From positions 12,222-76,221 of the forward strand of contig CAVGHS010000001.1 in NCBI GenBank assembly GCA_963629085.1: 64,000 nt of DNA, written 5' to 3'. Of the stretch, positions 10,229 to 19,655 are shown one piece after another. The position numbers and the translations under genes are program-made. Under the pieces are notes generated by a model. It saw only the letters and a list, made by a program, of their open reading frames with translations, was not told the origin of the DNA and did no database searches. How positions within the stretch are numbered: the first letter of the stretch is position 1; each line of letters begins with the position of its first letter. The DNA comes from a bacterium. GTDB lineage: Bacteria; Bacillota; Clostridia; Lachnospirales; Lachnospiraceae.

Positions 10229-10957
10229 ATGAAGAACACAAGTCAGCGCAAAAAATTAAAAATAGAGATCACTATTGTGATCGCTATTTCCCTGATCACA
10301 GGGATCATGGCATACCTCAACCAATATTATCACGCCGAAGGCGTAGAGGATGCACTGGAATCGGATGCAGAGGTTACCGTGACCAAGACGGAGGAAGGCT
10401 ATTTCTTTGATGGCAAGGGGACAGAGAGTGCCATGGTCTTTTATCCGGGAGCCAAGGTGGAGGAGATCTCCTACGCACCGCTCATGAAGCAGTTGGCGGC
10501 AAATGGTTTGGATTGCTATCTGGTCACCATGCCGGGCAATCTGGCGATTTTTGGCATGAATAAGGCGACGGATGTCATGACAGCCTATAAGTATAAGCAT
10601 TGGTATATCGGCGGACATTCTCTGGGCGGAGCCATGGCGGCTTCTTATGCGGCAGATCATACTGAGGAACTGGACGGACTCCTTCTTTTGGCAGCCTATT
10701 CGACCAAGGATCTTTCGGACAGCGATCTTACGGTCATTTCTCTGGTCGGCAGCGAGGACGGTGTCATCAACCGGGATAAACTGGCAAAATATGCAGATGA
10801 TCTGCCAAAGGATACGACGGATGATATCCGGTTTGCAGGTGGCAATCACGCTTACTATGGCAATTACGGAGAGCAGGACGGCGATGGCAAAGCCGGCATT
10901 TCACGAGAGGAACAGCAGGCAACTGTAGTGGATGCCGTGCTGGAAGACTGGCTGTAA
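10229..10957 (+). CDS. Alpha/beta hydrolase with N-terminal membrane anchor
   Basis: FYPGAKV, GGHSLGG nucleophile elbow, GGNH. Confidence 0.85.
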   Translation: MKNTSQRKKLKIEITIVIAISLITGIMAYLNQYYHAEGVEDALESDAEVTVTKTEEGYFFDGKGTESAMVFYPGAKVEEISYAPLMKQLAANGLDCYLVTMPGNLAIFGMNKATDVMTAYKYKHWYIGGHSLGGAMAASYAADHTEELDGLLLLAAYSTKDLSDSDLTVISLVGSEDGVINRDKLAKYADDLPKDTTDDIRFAGGNHAYYGNYGEQDGDGKAGISREEQQATVVDAVLEDWL

Positions 10958-10998
10958 GATTTATATAGACCGATCTATGAAGGAAGGGATAAAATTAA

Positions 10999-11985
10999 AT
11001 GAAGATCTTATTTTATGATGCAAAGAAATATGATATCGATTCTTTTGATAAGGAAGGGACAAACTATGCGACCATAGAGATCGAGTATCTGGATGCAGAT
11101 ATCAATGTGAGAACGGCGGCTCTGGCAAAAGGCTATGATGCTGTCTGTGCCTTTGTCAGTTCCGACTTATCCGCACCGGTTCTGGAAGTCTTGCATGAAG
11201 AAGGCGTAGGGCTGATCCTATTACGTTGTGCAGGCTTCAACAATGTAGATCTGGAAAAGGCAAAAGAACTTGGCATCACGGTTTTGCGTGTGCCGGGCTA
11301 TTCCCCGGAAGCAGTAGCAGAACATGCCATGACACTGGCTATGAGCGTCAACCGCCGCATCCATAAAGAATATATCAAGGTGCGGGAAAACAATTTCAGC
11401 CTGGAAGGGCTCATGGGAATCAACTTCTACGGCAAGACCGCAGGCATTATCGGTACAGGCAAGATCGGTGCCGCTATGGCGCGCATCTGCTGTGGCTTTG
11501 GTATGCGGGTGATCGCCTATGACAAGTATCCCAATCCGTCCTTAGATTTTATCGAGTATAAAGAATTAGAAGAAGTTTTCCGGGAAAGTGACCTGATCTC
11601 TTTACATTGTCCGCTCACGATCGACAACTATCATATGATCAATGCCAAGACCATTTCCCTGATGAAAGATCAGGTGGTGCTGGTCAATACTTCACGCGGA
11701 GAACTGGTAGATACGGACGATCTGATTGCCGGGATCCGTGCCCACAAATTTCATGGTGTGGGATTGGATGTCTATGAGGAGGAGTCCGGCAATGTCTTTG
11801 AAAACCGCGAGGCAGATATCATGGAACATTCCGTTACGGCAAGACTTTTGTCTTTCCCGAATGTGATCGTCACCTCACATCAGGCATTCTTTACCGAGGA
11901 GGCTATGGAAGCCATCAGCCACACGACCTTGGAGAATGCACTGGGCTATGAAAAAGGAGAGATCCCTACAGGCAATCAGGTGTAA
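10999..11985 (+). CDS. ldhA: D-lactate dehydrogenase / D-2-hydroxyacid dehydrogenase
   Basis: LRCAGFNNVD, YSPEAVAEH, GIIGTGKIG, NTSRG, DVYEEE, SHQAF. Confidence 0.85.
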   Translation: MKILFYDAKKYDIDSFDKEGTNYATIEIEYLDADINVRTAALAKGYDAVCAFVSSDLSAPVLEVLHEEGVGLILLRCAGFNNVDLEKAKELGITVLRVPGYSPEAVAEHAMTLAMSVNRRIHKEYIKVRENNFSLEGLMGINFYGKTAGIIGTGKIGAAMARICCGFGMRVIAYDKYPNPSLDFIEYKELEEVFRESDLISLHCPLTIDNYHMINAKTISLMKDQVVLVNTSRGELVDTDDLIAGIRAHKFHGVGLDVYEEESGNVFENREADIMEHSVTARLLSFPNVIVTSHQAFFTEEAMEAISHTTLENALGYEKGEIPTGNQV

Positions 11986-12631
11986 GTTTAAAATGATTTT
12001 TTTTGGAACTTAGGATGCCTTCACGTTGCATCTTGCTGAGTTCGTTGGATAGGGCGCTGCGATCGACCCCCAGATAATCTGCCAGTTGTTGGCGGTCAAA
12101 GGGGATGTCGAATTCGTAGTTGCCCTCTTTTTGTGCATAAAAGGACAGGTAGGATAAGAGCCTGCCGCGGATGGTCTTGGGGGAGGTGTGGAGGATGTGG
12201 CGGGACATATGCAGGTTTTTCTGTGAGGAGATAGCAAGCAGGTTGCCAAGCAGGGCGCGGTGGCTGTAGCAGGACTCTCGGCAGGGATTTAAGATGGTCT
12301 TTGTCTGTAAGAAGAGGACTTCTGTCGGCTCGTTGGCGACGATATCGACCATGAGGATCTCGTCGGGTGTCAGGGCGTAGGACTCGGCAAAGATGGCGCC
12401 TGCGCCCAACCGATCCATGACCGTGCGGTTGCCCCAGAGATCATTATTTTCAATGGTGATATTGCCGGAGAGGATCAGTCCTATGGCAGAAATGGTCTGT
12501 CCGGCGCGCAGGATCAGACTGCCTTTTTCGTATTGTTTGGTCTGCACGGAAAAACAGGTCAGCATCTTCTCCAGTTCGACCACGGCGATGCCACGAAATA
12601 ATCTGGTATTTGCTAAAAATTGGTAATTCAT
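11966..12631 (-). CDS. hcpR: Crp/Fnr family regulator, probable HcpR
   Basis: cNMP-binding-like domain plus HTH (RQQLADYLGVDRSALSNEL), divergent from hcp; ATG 12631 follows AAGGAG. Confidence 0.8.
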   Translation of the reverse strand: MNYQFLANTRLFRGIAVVELEKMLTCFSVQTKQYEKGSLILRAGQTISAIGLILSGNITIENNDLWGNRTVMDRLGAGAIFAESYALTPDEILMVDIVANEPTEVLFLQTKTILNPCRESCYSHRALLGNLLAISSQKNLHMSRHILHTSPKTIRGRLLSYLSFYAQKEGNYEFDIPFDRQQLADYLGVDRSALSNELSKMQREGILSSKKNHFKLTPDCL

Positions 12632-12643
12632 TTTATCTCCTTT

Positions 12644-12686
12644 TGTTGTCATAACAACATAATTGTTATGATAATCATATTATAAT
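12644..12686 (+). promoter_or_regulatory. HcpR-type box TGTTGT-N4-ACAACA and -10 TATAAT of the hcp promoter
   Basis: TGTTGTcataACAACA at 12644-12659 and TATAAT at 12681-12686. Confidence 0.7.
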
Positions 12687-12737
12687 GAGTCTGTCAGTGA
12701 AAAACAAGACAAATAAGCAAGATTAAGGAGAATAAAA

Positions 12738-14375
12738 ATGGAAAATAAGATGTTTTGCTATCAATGTCAGGAAACAGCAGGGTGCAAGGGCTGTAGTGTG
12801 CGCGGTGTCTGCGGTAAGACACCGGAAGTGGCTGCATTGCAGGATCTTTTGATATATGTGACCAAGGGAAGCGCTGCGCTTACGACGGCACTGCGCGGGG
12901 AAGGCAAAGAGGTTTCCCAGGAGGTCAACCACCGTATCACTTTAAATCTTTTTACTACCATCACCAATGCAAATTTTGATGGGGCACAGATTGAAAAGCG
13001 GATCGCAGATACCTTAGTCTGCAAGGAGGCACTCTTGCAGCAATTAGAGGATAGAAGTGGATTGCCGGAGGCAGCCCTTTGGACGGCAGATCCATCGGCT
13101 TATATGGAAAAAGCAAAAAGCGTCGGCGTTTTGGCAACCCAGGATGAGGATATCCGGTCTCTGCGTGAATTGATAACTTATGGGCTCAAGGGTCTGTCTG
13201 CCTATTCCAAGCATGCCAATGTATTGTTGGCAGATGACGACGAACTGGATACCTTTTTACAGCGGGCGCTGGCAGCAACTCTGGATGATACTTTATCCGT
13301 GGATGATCTGGTGGCGCTGGCATTGGAGACAGGACAGTATGGTGTCAAGGGCATGGCACTTTTGGATGGAGCCAATACAAGTGCCTATGGCAACCCGGAG
13401 ATCACAAAGGTCAATATCGGCGTTGGCAAGCGCCCGGGTATCCTGGTATCCGGACACGATCTGCGGGATCTGGAGATGCTCTTAGAACAGACCAAGGACA
13501 GCGGCGTGGATGTTTATACCCATTCGGAAATGTTGCCGGCACATTATTATCCTGCATTCAAAAAGTACCAGCATTTTGTTGGCAACTACGGAAATGCATG
13601 GTGGAGGCAGACGGAAGAGTTCGAGTCCTTCCATGGTCCGATCCTGATGACGACCAACTGTATCGTACCGCCAAAGGATTCCTATAAAGACCGTCTCTTT
13701 ACCACGGGAGCATCCGGTTATCCGGGCTGCAAGCATATTGCAGGCGAGATAGGCCGGGAAAAAGACTTCAGCCAGATCATCGCACTTGCCAGGACCTGTC
13801 AGCCACCGGAGGAGATTGAACAGGGCGAGATCATCGGTGGCTTTGCTCATGCACAGGTATTTGCGCTGGCAGATCAGATCGTGGATGCCGTAAAGACTGG
13901 TGCGATCAAAAAATTCGTAGTTATGGCAGGCTGCGACGGCAGAGCCAAGTCCCGCTCTTACTATGCTGATTTTGCAAAGGCATTGCCGGAGGATACGGTC
14001 ATCCTGACAGCCGGTTGTGCCAAGTATAAATACAATAAATTAAATCTGGGTTCTATTGGAGATATTCCGCGTGTGCTGGATGCAGGACAGTGTAACGACT
14101 CTTATTCGCTGGCGGTTATCGCTATGAAGTTGCAGGAGATCTTTGGACTGGATGACATCAATGAACTGCCGATCGTCTATAATATTTCCTGGTATGAGCA
14201 GAAAGCAGTCATTGTCCTTCTGGCACTCTTAGCCCTTGGTGTGAAAAACATCCATCTGGGACCGACTTTACCGGCATTCCTATCACCGAATGTGACGAAG
14301 GTTTTGGTTGATAACTTCGGGATCGCAGGTATTGGCAGTGTGGAGGAAGATATGAAGATCTTCTTTGACAGGTAA
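12738..14375 (+). CDS. hcp: Hybrid cluster protein (hydroxylamine reductase)
   Basis: MFCYQCQET...C...GVCGK, SGHDL, YTHSEM, GCDG, GQCND, SWYEQKA. Confidence 0.97.
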   Translation: MENKMFCYQCQETAGCKGCSVRGVCGKTPEVAALQDLLIYVTKGSAALTTALRGEGKEVSQEVNHRITLNLFTTITNANFDGAQIEKRIADTLVCKEALLQQLEDRSGLPEAALWTADPSAYMEKAKSVGVLATQDEDIRSLRELITYGLKGLSAYSKHANVLLADDDELDTFLQRALAATLDDTLSVDDLVALALETGQYGVKGMALLDGANTSAYGNPEITKVNIGVGKRPGILVSGHDLRDLEMLLEQTKDSGVDVYTHSEMLPAHYYPAFKKYQHFVGNYGNAWWRQTEEFESFHGPILMTTNCIVPPKDSYKDRLFTTGASGYPGCKHIAGEIGREKDFSQIIALARTCQPPEEIEQGEIIGGFAHAQVFALADQIVDAVKTGAIKKFVVMAGCDGRAKSRSYYADFAKALPEDTVILTAGCAKYKYNKLNLGSIGDIPRVLDAGQCNDSYSLAVIAMKLQEIFGLDDINELPIVYNISWYEQKAVIVLLALLALGVKNIHLGPTLPAFLSPNVTKVLVDNFGIAGIGSVEEDMKIFFDR

Positions 14376-14408
14376 ATCTTTACAGAAAGGAAGTGGCTTG
14401 TTATTATA

Positions 14409-14435
14409 TTCTGGTGTCAGGTTCTGACACCAGAA
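14409..14435. repeat. Perfect 12-bp inverted repeat abutting the next RBS
   Basis: TTCTGGTGTCAG-gtt-CTGACACCAGAA. Confidence 0.7.
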
Positions 14436-14447
14436 GGAGAACAAGCC

Positions 14448-15164
14448 ATGCTTTCTTTAAACCGTAATCAGATCAAATATATTGTGATCCTAGCCATGCT
14501 CATCGATCACATTGCCTGGGCTTTTGTGCCGCTGGCTTCCTGGCAGGGTCAGATCATGCATATGATCGGTCGGCTGACAGGACCGACCATGGCATATTTT
14601 ATTGCCGAGGGATATGTGCATACAAGGAGCGTAAAAAACTATGCCAAGAGGCTCGCTATTTTCGCGGTCATATCCTGGATCCCCTTTACCTTTTTTGAGT
14701 ACGGACATTTACCAATTCATAAATCAAATGGAAATTATATATTTGAATTTTCGCCGGGTGTTATTTATACTCTCTTTTTAGCCCTGCTTGCCATCTGGTT
14801 ATGGGATAAAGGGACGCTGATGGAGGCGCAGAAAAAAGCCATCATTGCTTTCCTTTGTATCCTGTCCATTTTTGGAGACTGGCCCGTTTTTGACATCCTC
14901 TATGCCTTGTGCTTCTTTTGCTACCGGGATGACGCAAAGAAGAAGTGGTCGATCTATACCCTGATCTCTATCTGCAGTTTTGTCTTTGGTGGATTTGGCA
15001 TCTGGGGGATCTATCAGGTGGGCGTCTTTTTGGTACCTCTGCTCTTACATTTTACTTATAATGGAAAGGCAGGCAGTAAGAAGTCCCTACACAAGTGGTT
15101 CTTTTATGTATTCTATCCCCTGCATTTACTGGTACTGGGATTTTTAAAAATGATGCTGTTATAA
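14448..15164 (+). CDS. TraX-family membrane protein (putative acyltransferase)
   Basis: KYIVILAMLIDH, IGRL, EGYVHT, YNG..G, FFYVFYPLHL. Confidence 0.85.
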   Translation: MLSLNRNQIKYIVILAMLIDHIAWAFVPLASWQGQIMHMIGRLTGPTMAYFIAEGYVHTRSVKNYAKRLAIFAVISWIPFTFFEYGHLPIHKSNGNYIFEFSPGVIYTLFLALLAIWLWDKGTLMEAQKKAIIAFLCILSIFGDWPVFDILYALCFFCYRDDAKKKWSIYTLISICSFVFGGFGIWGIYQVGVFLVPLLLHFTYNGKAGSKKSLHKWFFYVFYPLHLLVLGFLKMMLL

Positions 15165-15185
15165 TAAGAAGAAAGTTATACAAAC

Positions 15186-15226
15186 AGAAAGCCTCGTGCG
15201 CATGGTGCGCGCGGGGCTTTTCTTTT
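15186..15226. terminator. Intrinsic terminator between convergent genes
   Basis: AAAGCCTCGTGCGCA-tgg-TGCGCGCGGGGCTTTT. Confidence 0.8.
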
Positions 15227-15250
15227 ATTTGACCGAGAAGTGCCGGAAAC

Positions 15251-16105
15251 TTAAACCGTTCCGGTGATGGTCAGGGTTGCGGAACCCGGGACGACGGCGA
15301 TGGCACCGGTCGTCGGATCCTGGGTATAGGAGGCAGCAGGGACGGTGATGGCACCGGCGGTCGATACAAACTGTCCGCTTGTGGTGTCGTAAGTGTATTC
15401 TGTACCCTCCGTCCAGGCAGTGCCGTTGAAGGAAACCGTGATCGGATTTAAGATCGGATCAAAACGGTCGGAAACGATCAGGGCATCGGCCTCATCGGCT
15501 GCGGTGTTGCCATAGTTCTGGATGATGAAGGTGTAGGTCAGTTGTCCGTTTTCGGAAACGGTCGTTGGTGTCAGAGATTTGCTGATGCGGAGCACCGGCT
15601 CACTGTAAGCATTTACCGTGGCATTTGCCGTGATCGGATTAGCGATATTGTTGGCGTTGATGGTCGCCGTATTGGTGATGCTGCTTTCTTCCGCCAGCGG
15701 CGCATAGGCATTGGTCTTAGCCTGATAAATGACGGTGACATTGCCTTTTGCCGGAACAGACAGACCGGAAATGGTCAGTGGCGGGCCGGCGGTCACGGTC
15801 GGTGTCGGCTGTAAGACACCGCCGACATAATAGCGGACGGTGCCGGTCACATAGTCCATAGGAACCAGTGTTAAGGTGTTCACGGTGTAGGCACCCAGAT
15901 TATCGGAGATGGTCACTCCGGTCATGGTGGTGTTGCCTGAGTTTAAGATATTGACGACATAGGTCAGGGTATCATCCTGCTGATACTCAGTCTGTACGGC
16001 GGTCTTGGTGGCAGAGAGCACTTCGACCAGTTCACCGGTCGTGATATTGGATGTGGTCGTATTGCCGTTGTAGGACAAGGTCGCCTGATTGTAAAAAGTT
16101 GCCAT
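15251..16105 (-). CDS. DUF11-like repeat (Ig-like) Thr-rich protein
   Basis: Two repeats, SATKT..DTLTYVVNILNSG and ISKSL..GQLTYTFIIQNYG; probable start ATG 16105. Confidence 0.7.
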   Translation of the reverse strand: MATFYNQATLSYNGNTTTSNITTGELVEVLSATKTAVQTEYQQDDTLTYVVNILNSGNTTMTGVTISDNLGAYTVNTLTLVPMDYVTGTVRYYVGGVLQPTPTVTAGPPLTISGLSVPAKGNVTVIYQAKTNAYAPLAEESSITNTATINANNIANPITANATVNAYSEPVLRISKSLTPTTVSENGQLTYTFIIQNYGNTAADEADALIVSDRFDPILNPITVSFNGTAWTEGTEYTYDTTSGQFVSTAGAITVPAASYTQDPTTGAIAVVPGSATLTITGTV

Positions 16106-16177
16106 AACTGAAATTCTTTCTTTTTTTATTATTCTATGTGGAATAGAAAAAAAGGTACAGAAATTTAGGAGTAAGTG

Positions 16178-16220
16178 TTGACAACACATGAACATATGAA
16201 TATAATTACATATGAACAGA
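16178..16220 (+). promoter_or_regulatory. Consensus sigma-A promoter overlapped by ArsR/SmtB-type ATGAA half-sites
   Basis: TTGACA(16178)-17 bp-TATAAT(16201); repeats ACATGAACA, ACATATGAATA, ACATATGAACA. Confidence 0.8.
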
Positions 16221-16271
16221 TGATAAAGGCAAAAAGTACAAAAGACAAAGAAAAAGAAGGGAGGATTTCAG

Positions 16272-16622
16272 GTGGCAGAGCAGAAGTCAGAATTTTTGGC
16301 AGCACACGAGGAACTGGTAGAAAAGGTACTGCAGAACCAGCCGGAGGATGAATACCTCTATGATCTGGCAGAACTTTTCAAGGTCTTTGGAGATTCGACC
16401 AGGATCAAGATCTTGTATGCTTTATTTGAAAGCGAACTCTGTGTCAGCGATATTGCACAGATCTTAAACCTGAACCAATCGGCGGTCAGTCATCAACTCC
16501 GTATTTTAAAGGACGCTAAGTTAGTCAAGTTCAAACGGAGTGGTAAGAGTATTTTTTACTCGCTGGATGATGACCATGTGCGCACGATCCTATCCATGGG
16601 TATGGATCATGTAGAGGAGTAG
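16272..16622 (+). CDS. ArsR/SmtB family metal-sensing repressor
   Basis: LAELFKVFGDSTRIKIL, ELCVSD, SAVSHQLRIL, YSLDDDHV...HVEE. Confidence 0.92.
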   Translation: MAEQKSEFLAAHEELVEKVLQNQPEDEYLYDLAELFKVFGDSTRIKILYALFESELCVSDIAQILNLNQSAVSHQLRILKDAKLVKFKRSGKSIFYSLDDDHVRTILSMGMDHVEE

Positions 16623-16682
16623 ATACAGATGGATGACCATCTTGTATGATAAAGAATAAAAAGAAAAAAGGAGAACAAAATT

Positions 16683-16901
16683 ATGAAAAAGACATATGAT
16701 GTAGAGGTTGATTGCGCAAACTGTGCAGCAAAGATGGAGGAAGCCGTAAAGAATACCGAGGGCGTCAAGAACGCGACCTTGAGTTTCATGACCTTGAAGT
16801 TAAAGGTGGAATTTGAAGAAGGCGCAGACGTCGATGCGGTTATGCAGCAGGCATACAAGAATTGCAAGGTCGTAGAGGACGATTGCGAGATCTTTTTATA
16901 A
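16683..16901 (+). CDS. Heavy-metal-associated (HMA) domain protein
   Basis: VDCANCAAKME motif, stand-alone gene before the ATPase. Confidence 0.9.
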   Translation: MKKTYDVEVDCANCAAKMEEAVKNTEGVKNATLSFMTLKLKVEFEEGADVDAVMQQAYKNCKVVEDDCEIFL

Positions 16902-16961
16902 GAAGAACCGCATTTCGGGGCAGTGCCACGGAGGCGGTGTGAGTCGTAAAGGAGAAAGCAT

Positions 16962-18839
16962 ATGAGTAAGAAGCAAAAAAACGTACTTTATCGCATTATC
17001 GTTTCCCTGATCTTACTGGTGGCAGTGTCTGTGCTGGATGCATTGGTAGAACTGCCCTGGATTGCCCGGTTAGCCCTGTATATTGTGCCATATCTGGTCA
17101 TTGGATACGATATCTTAAAAAAGGCGGGCAAGGGCATTTTAAATCGTCAGGTCTTTGATGAGAATTTTTTGATGGCAGTCGCAACCGTGGGTGCTGTTTG
17201 TCTGGGTGAATACAAAGAAGGCGCAGCGGTTATGCTCTTTTACCAGATCGGCGAACTCTTCCAGAGTGTAGCCGTAGGAAAGAGCCGTAAGAATATCGCG
17301 GCACTTATGGATATCCGACCGGATTACGCCAATATGATGGTGGACGGCAAACTGGAAAAGGTCGATCCGGATGACGTGGAGATCGGTTCTGAGATCATCA
17401 TCAATCCGGGAGAAAAGGTGCCGATCGACGGCGTCATCACAGAGGGCAATACGACATTAAATACCAGCGCACTTACGGGAGAAAGTGTGCCGAGAGATGC
17501 ATCCTGCGGCGATGAGATCATCAGTGGCTGTATCAATATGACCGGCAGGATCAAGGTAAAGACGACCAAGGAGTTTGGCGATTCTACGGTATCCAAGATC
17601 TTAGATCTGGTGGAGAATTCTGCGATGAAGAAGTCCAGATCCGAGAACTTTATCACCAAGTTTGCCAAGTATTATACACCGGCGGTCTGCTACAGTGCCC
17701 TGGCACTTGCTATTTTGCCACCGATCGTGCGCCTGCTTATGGGGATTAGTCCAATGTGGGGCGAGTGGATCATCAGAGCATTGACCTTCCTTGTTATCTC
17801 TTGTCCGTGTGCGCTGGTGATTTCCATTCCACTGTCTTTCTTCGGTGGTATCGGTTGTGCATCCAGCAACGGTATTCTGGTCAAGGGATCCAATTATCTG
17901 GAAGCACTGTCTGCGACCAAGTATATTGTCTTTGACAAGACTGGAACATTGACCAAGGGTGTATTTGAGGTGACCGCCTCCTATCCGGAAAATGGATTTG
18001 ATCAGGAGACTCTGCTTGGCATGGCAGCCTATGCAGAGAGTTCTTCCTCCCATCCGATCAGCCTGAGTCTGAAAAAGGCATATGGACAGGAACTGGATCT
18101 TTCCCGTGTCTCTGACATCGAGGAGATCGCCGGACATGGTGTGTGTGCACAGGTAGACGGCAAGAAAGTCTATGTCGGTAATATGCGCCTGATGCAGCGG
18201 GAGAATCTGACCGTTACCAATGAGCACAAAGAGGGAACCGTCTGCTATGTTGCCGTGGATGGCACTTATGCGGGATGTATCGTCATTTCCGATGTGGTAA
18301 AACCGACCACAAAGGATGCCATTGTTGGTCTGAAAAAAAATGGTATCAAAAAGACCATCATGCTGACCGGGGATGCCAATGAGACGGCACAGCGTGTGGC
18401 AGCGGAGATTGGCATTGACGAAGTCCACAGCGAACTGCTCCCGGCAGATAAGGTCGCCCAGGTTGAGCGGATTTTAGATGCCAAGGGAGAAAAGGAAAAC
18501 TTAGCCTTTGTCGGTGACGGCATCAACGATGCTCCGGTATTATCCCGCGCAGACATTGGTATTGCCATGGGAGCCATGGGATCGGATGCAGCGATCGAGG
18601 CAGCCGATGTGGTACTCATGGACGACGATCCGGCAAAGATCGCACTTGCCATGAAGATCTCTGTACGGACTTTGAAGATCGTGCGGGAAAACATTGTCTT
18701 TGCACTTGCGGTCAAGGCAGTCTGTCTGATCTTGGGCGCACTGGGTATTGCCAATATGTGGGTTGCCATTTTCGCCGATGTCGGTGTTATGGTGCTGGCA
18801 GTCTTGAATGCAACCAGAGCCTTGAAGATAAGACTATAA
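16962..18839 (+). CDS. cadA: P1B-type Cd/Zn/Co-translocating ATPase
   Basis: LTGES, SCPCAL, FDKTGTLT, SHP, GDGINDAP. Confidence 0.92.
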   Translation: MSKKQKNVLYRIIVSLILLVAVSVLDALVELPWIARLALYIVPYLVIGYDILKKAGKGILNRQVFDENFLMAVATVGAVCLGEYKEGAAVMLFYQIGELFQSVAVGKSRKNIAALMDIRPDYANMMVDGKLEKVDPDDVEIGSEIIINPGEKVPIDGVITEGNTTLNTSALTGESVPRDASCGDEIISGCINMTGRIKVKTTKEFGDSTVSKILDLVENSAMKKSRSENFITKFAKYYTPAVCYSALALAILPPIVRLLMGISPMWGEWIIRALTFLVISCPCALVISIPLSFFGGIGCASSNGILVKGSNYLEALSATKYIVFDKTGTLTKGVFEVTASYPENGFDQETLLGMAAYAESSSSHPISLSLKKAYGQELDLSRVSDIEEIAGHGVCAQVDGKKVYVGNMRLMQRENLTVTNEHKEGTVCYVAVDGTYAGCIVISDVVKPTTKDAIVGLKKNGIKKTIMLTGDANETAQRVAAEIGIDEVHSELLPADKVAQVERILDAKGEKENLAFVGDGINDAPVLSRADIGIAMGAMGSDAAIEAADVVLMDDDPAKIALAMKISVRTLKIVRENIVFALAVKAVCLILGALGIANMWVAIFADVGVMVLAVLNATRALKIRL

Positions 18840-18844
18840 AAAGG

Positions 18845-18889
18845 AAAAGACACCACTTACAATGGGTATTGTAAATGGTGTCTTTTTTT
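18845..18889. terminator. Bidirectional intrinsic terminator
   Basis: AAAAGACACCA-c-TTACAAT-gggt-ATTGTAA-a-TGGTGTCTTTTTTT. Confidence 0.85.
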
Positions 18890-18926
18890 GATGCGCACTT
18901 GCGCGAAACATTTTTACTATATGCAG

Positions 18927-19511
18927 TTACAGTTCTGTCTCGGAAAGATGTTGTTGTAATACATTTAATTGGTTTTCTAATTGGCGATAGGCATATACAA
19001 AACTTGGGAAATATTTTTGCAGAACTAATTCCTCGATTTTCTTGTATGTGGTAGAGGAAGGCGCGATAAATCCCTGATGTTGATATAGAATGCGATTTAT
19101 ACTAACCGTTCGTATGTCATTTAGTTTTAAAATGGAATCATGGGTAATAAATGGAAAATCACAACTTTTTAATAAAAACAGATCACTGTGGGAATTAGGA
19201 AAATCATCTGGATGATAGACATCTTTGTGTTTGGATGGGTTATAGGAAAATATCGGAAGGACATATAGTAATTTTTGTTTTACACCAATCACAAGTCCCC
19301 GGTGTTCATAAGACATTTCAGGTTGAAAATTCTTCCCGAATTCAAACTGGTAAATCTCCCCTTTTTTGACTTTTCTTTGTCGATATGGTCGCTTTCGATT
19401 GTCTGCCCAGCGATAATCGGATTTAGAAAAGCGATCTAACTCATCTGTGGTATAAGTGTTGGATAGAACTGTGTCATTGGTTTTTATTTGTGCTTTCAAG
19501 TATTCTTTCAT
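18927..19511 (-). CDS. PemK/MazF-fold endoribonuclease-like toxin, 194 aa, no adjacent protein antitoxin
   Basis: KKGEIYQFEFGKN..PEMSYEHRGLVI, VLPI, LNDIRTVSINRI resemble PemK family patterns; ATG 19511 follows GGGGGGAAAG; AT-rich. Confidence 0.7.
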   Translation of the reverse strand: MKEYLKAQIKTNDTVLSNTYTTDELDRFSKSDYRWADNRKRPYRQRKVKKGEIYQFEFGKNFQPEMSYEHRGLVIGVKQKLLYVLPIFSYNPSKHKDVYHPDDFPNSHSDLFLLKSCDFPFITHDSILKLNDIRTVSINRILYQHQGFIAPSSTTYKKIEELVLQKYFPSFVYAYRQLENQLNVLQQHLSETEL

Positions 19512-19536
19512 TAACTTTCCCCCCGTGGTATGATTG

Positions 19537-19565
19537 AAAAAAGGGTACGGCGCTAACCATACCCT
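19537..19565 (-). terminator. Intrinsic terminator between the leader RNA and the toxin ORF
   Basis: 9-bp stem plus U-tract, about 25 nt before the ATG. Confidence 0.75.
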
Positions 19566-19649
19566 ACTCTGAAAATCCAGAGCGACCTCGTCGGTCAAAT
19601 GATGCTTTTATTTATGGTCTTGTCGACCAAAAACATGTAAACAAGTTGT
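19537..19649 (-). ncRNA. Putative structured leader/antitoxin RNA upstream of the PemK-like gene
   Basis: Minus-strand hairpins TGGTC-GACAA-GACCA, GACC-GACGA-GGTC, GCTCTG-GATTTT-CAGAGT, then terminator AGGGTATGG-TTAGCG-CCGTACCCT-TTTTT; G-U pairs work only on this strand. Confidence 0.6.
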
Positions 19650-19655
19650 ATTTAT

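Noticed and set aside
14448..15164. traX as evidence for a conjugative element
   Set aside because: No relaxase, T4SS or integrase genes in the window; TraX-like genes often occur alone
18890..18926. ATGCGCACTTGCGCG directly after a terminator, reminiscent of a class C group II intron 5' remnant
   Set aside because: Too short, with no further intron domain sequence
19537..19650. Classical type III antitoxin tandem repeat array or mini-CRISPR upstream of the PemK-like gene
   Set aside because: No direct repeats of 30-50 nt are present, only hairpins
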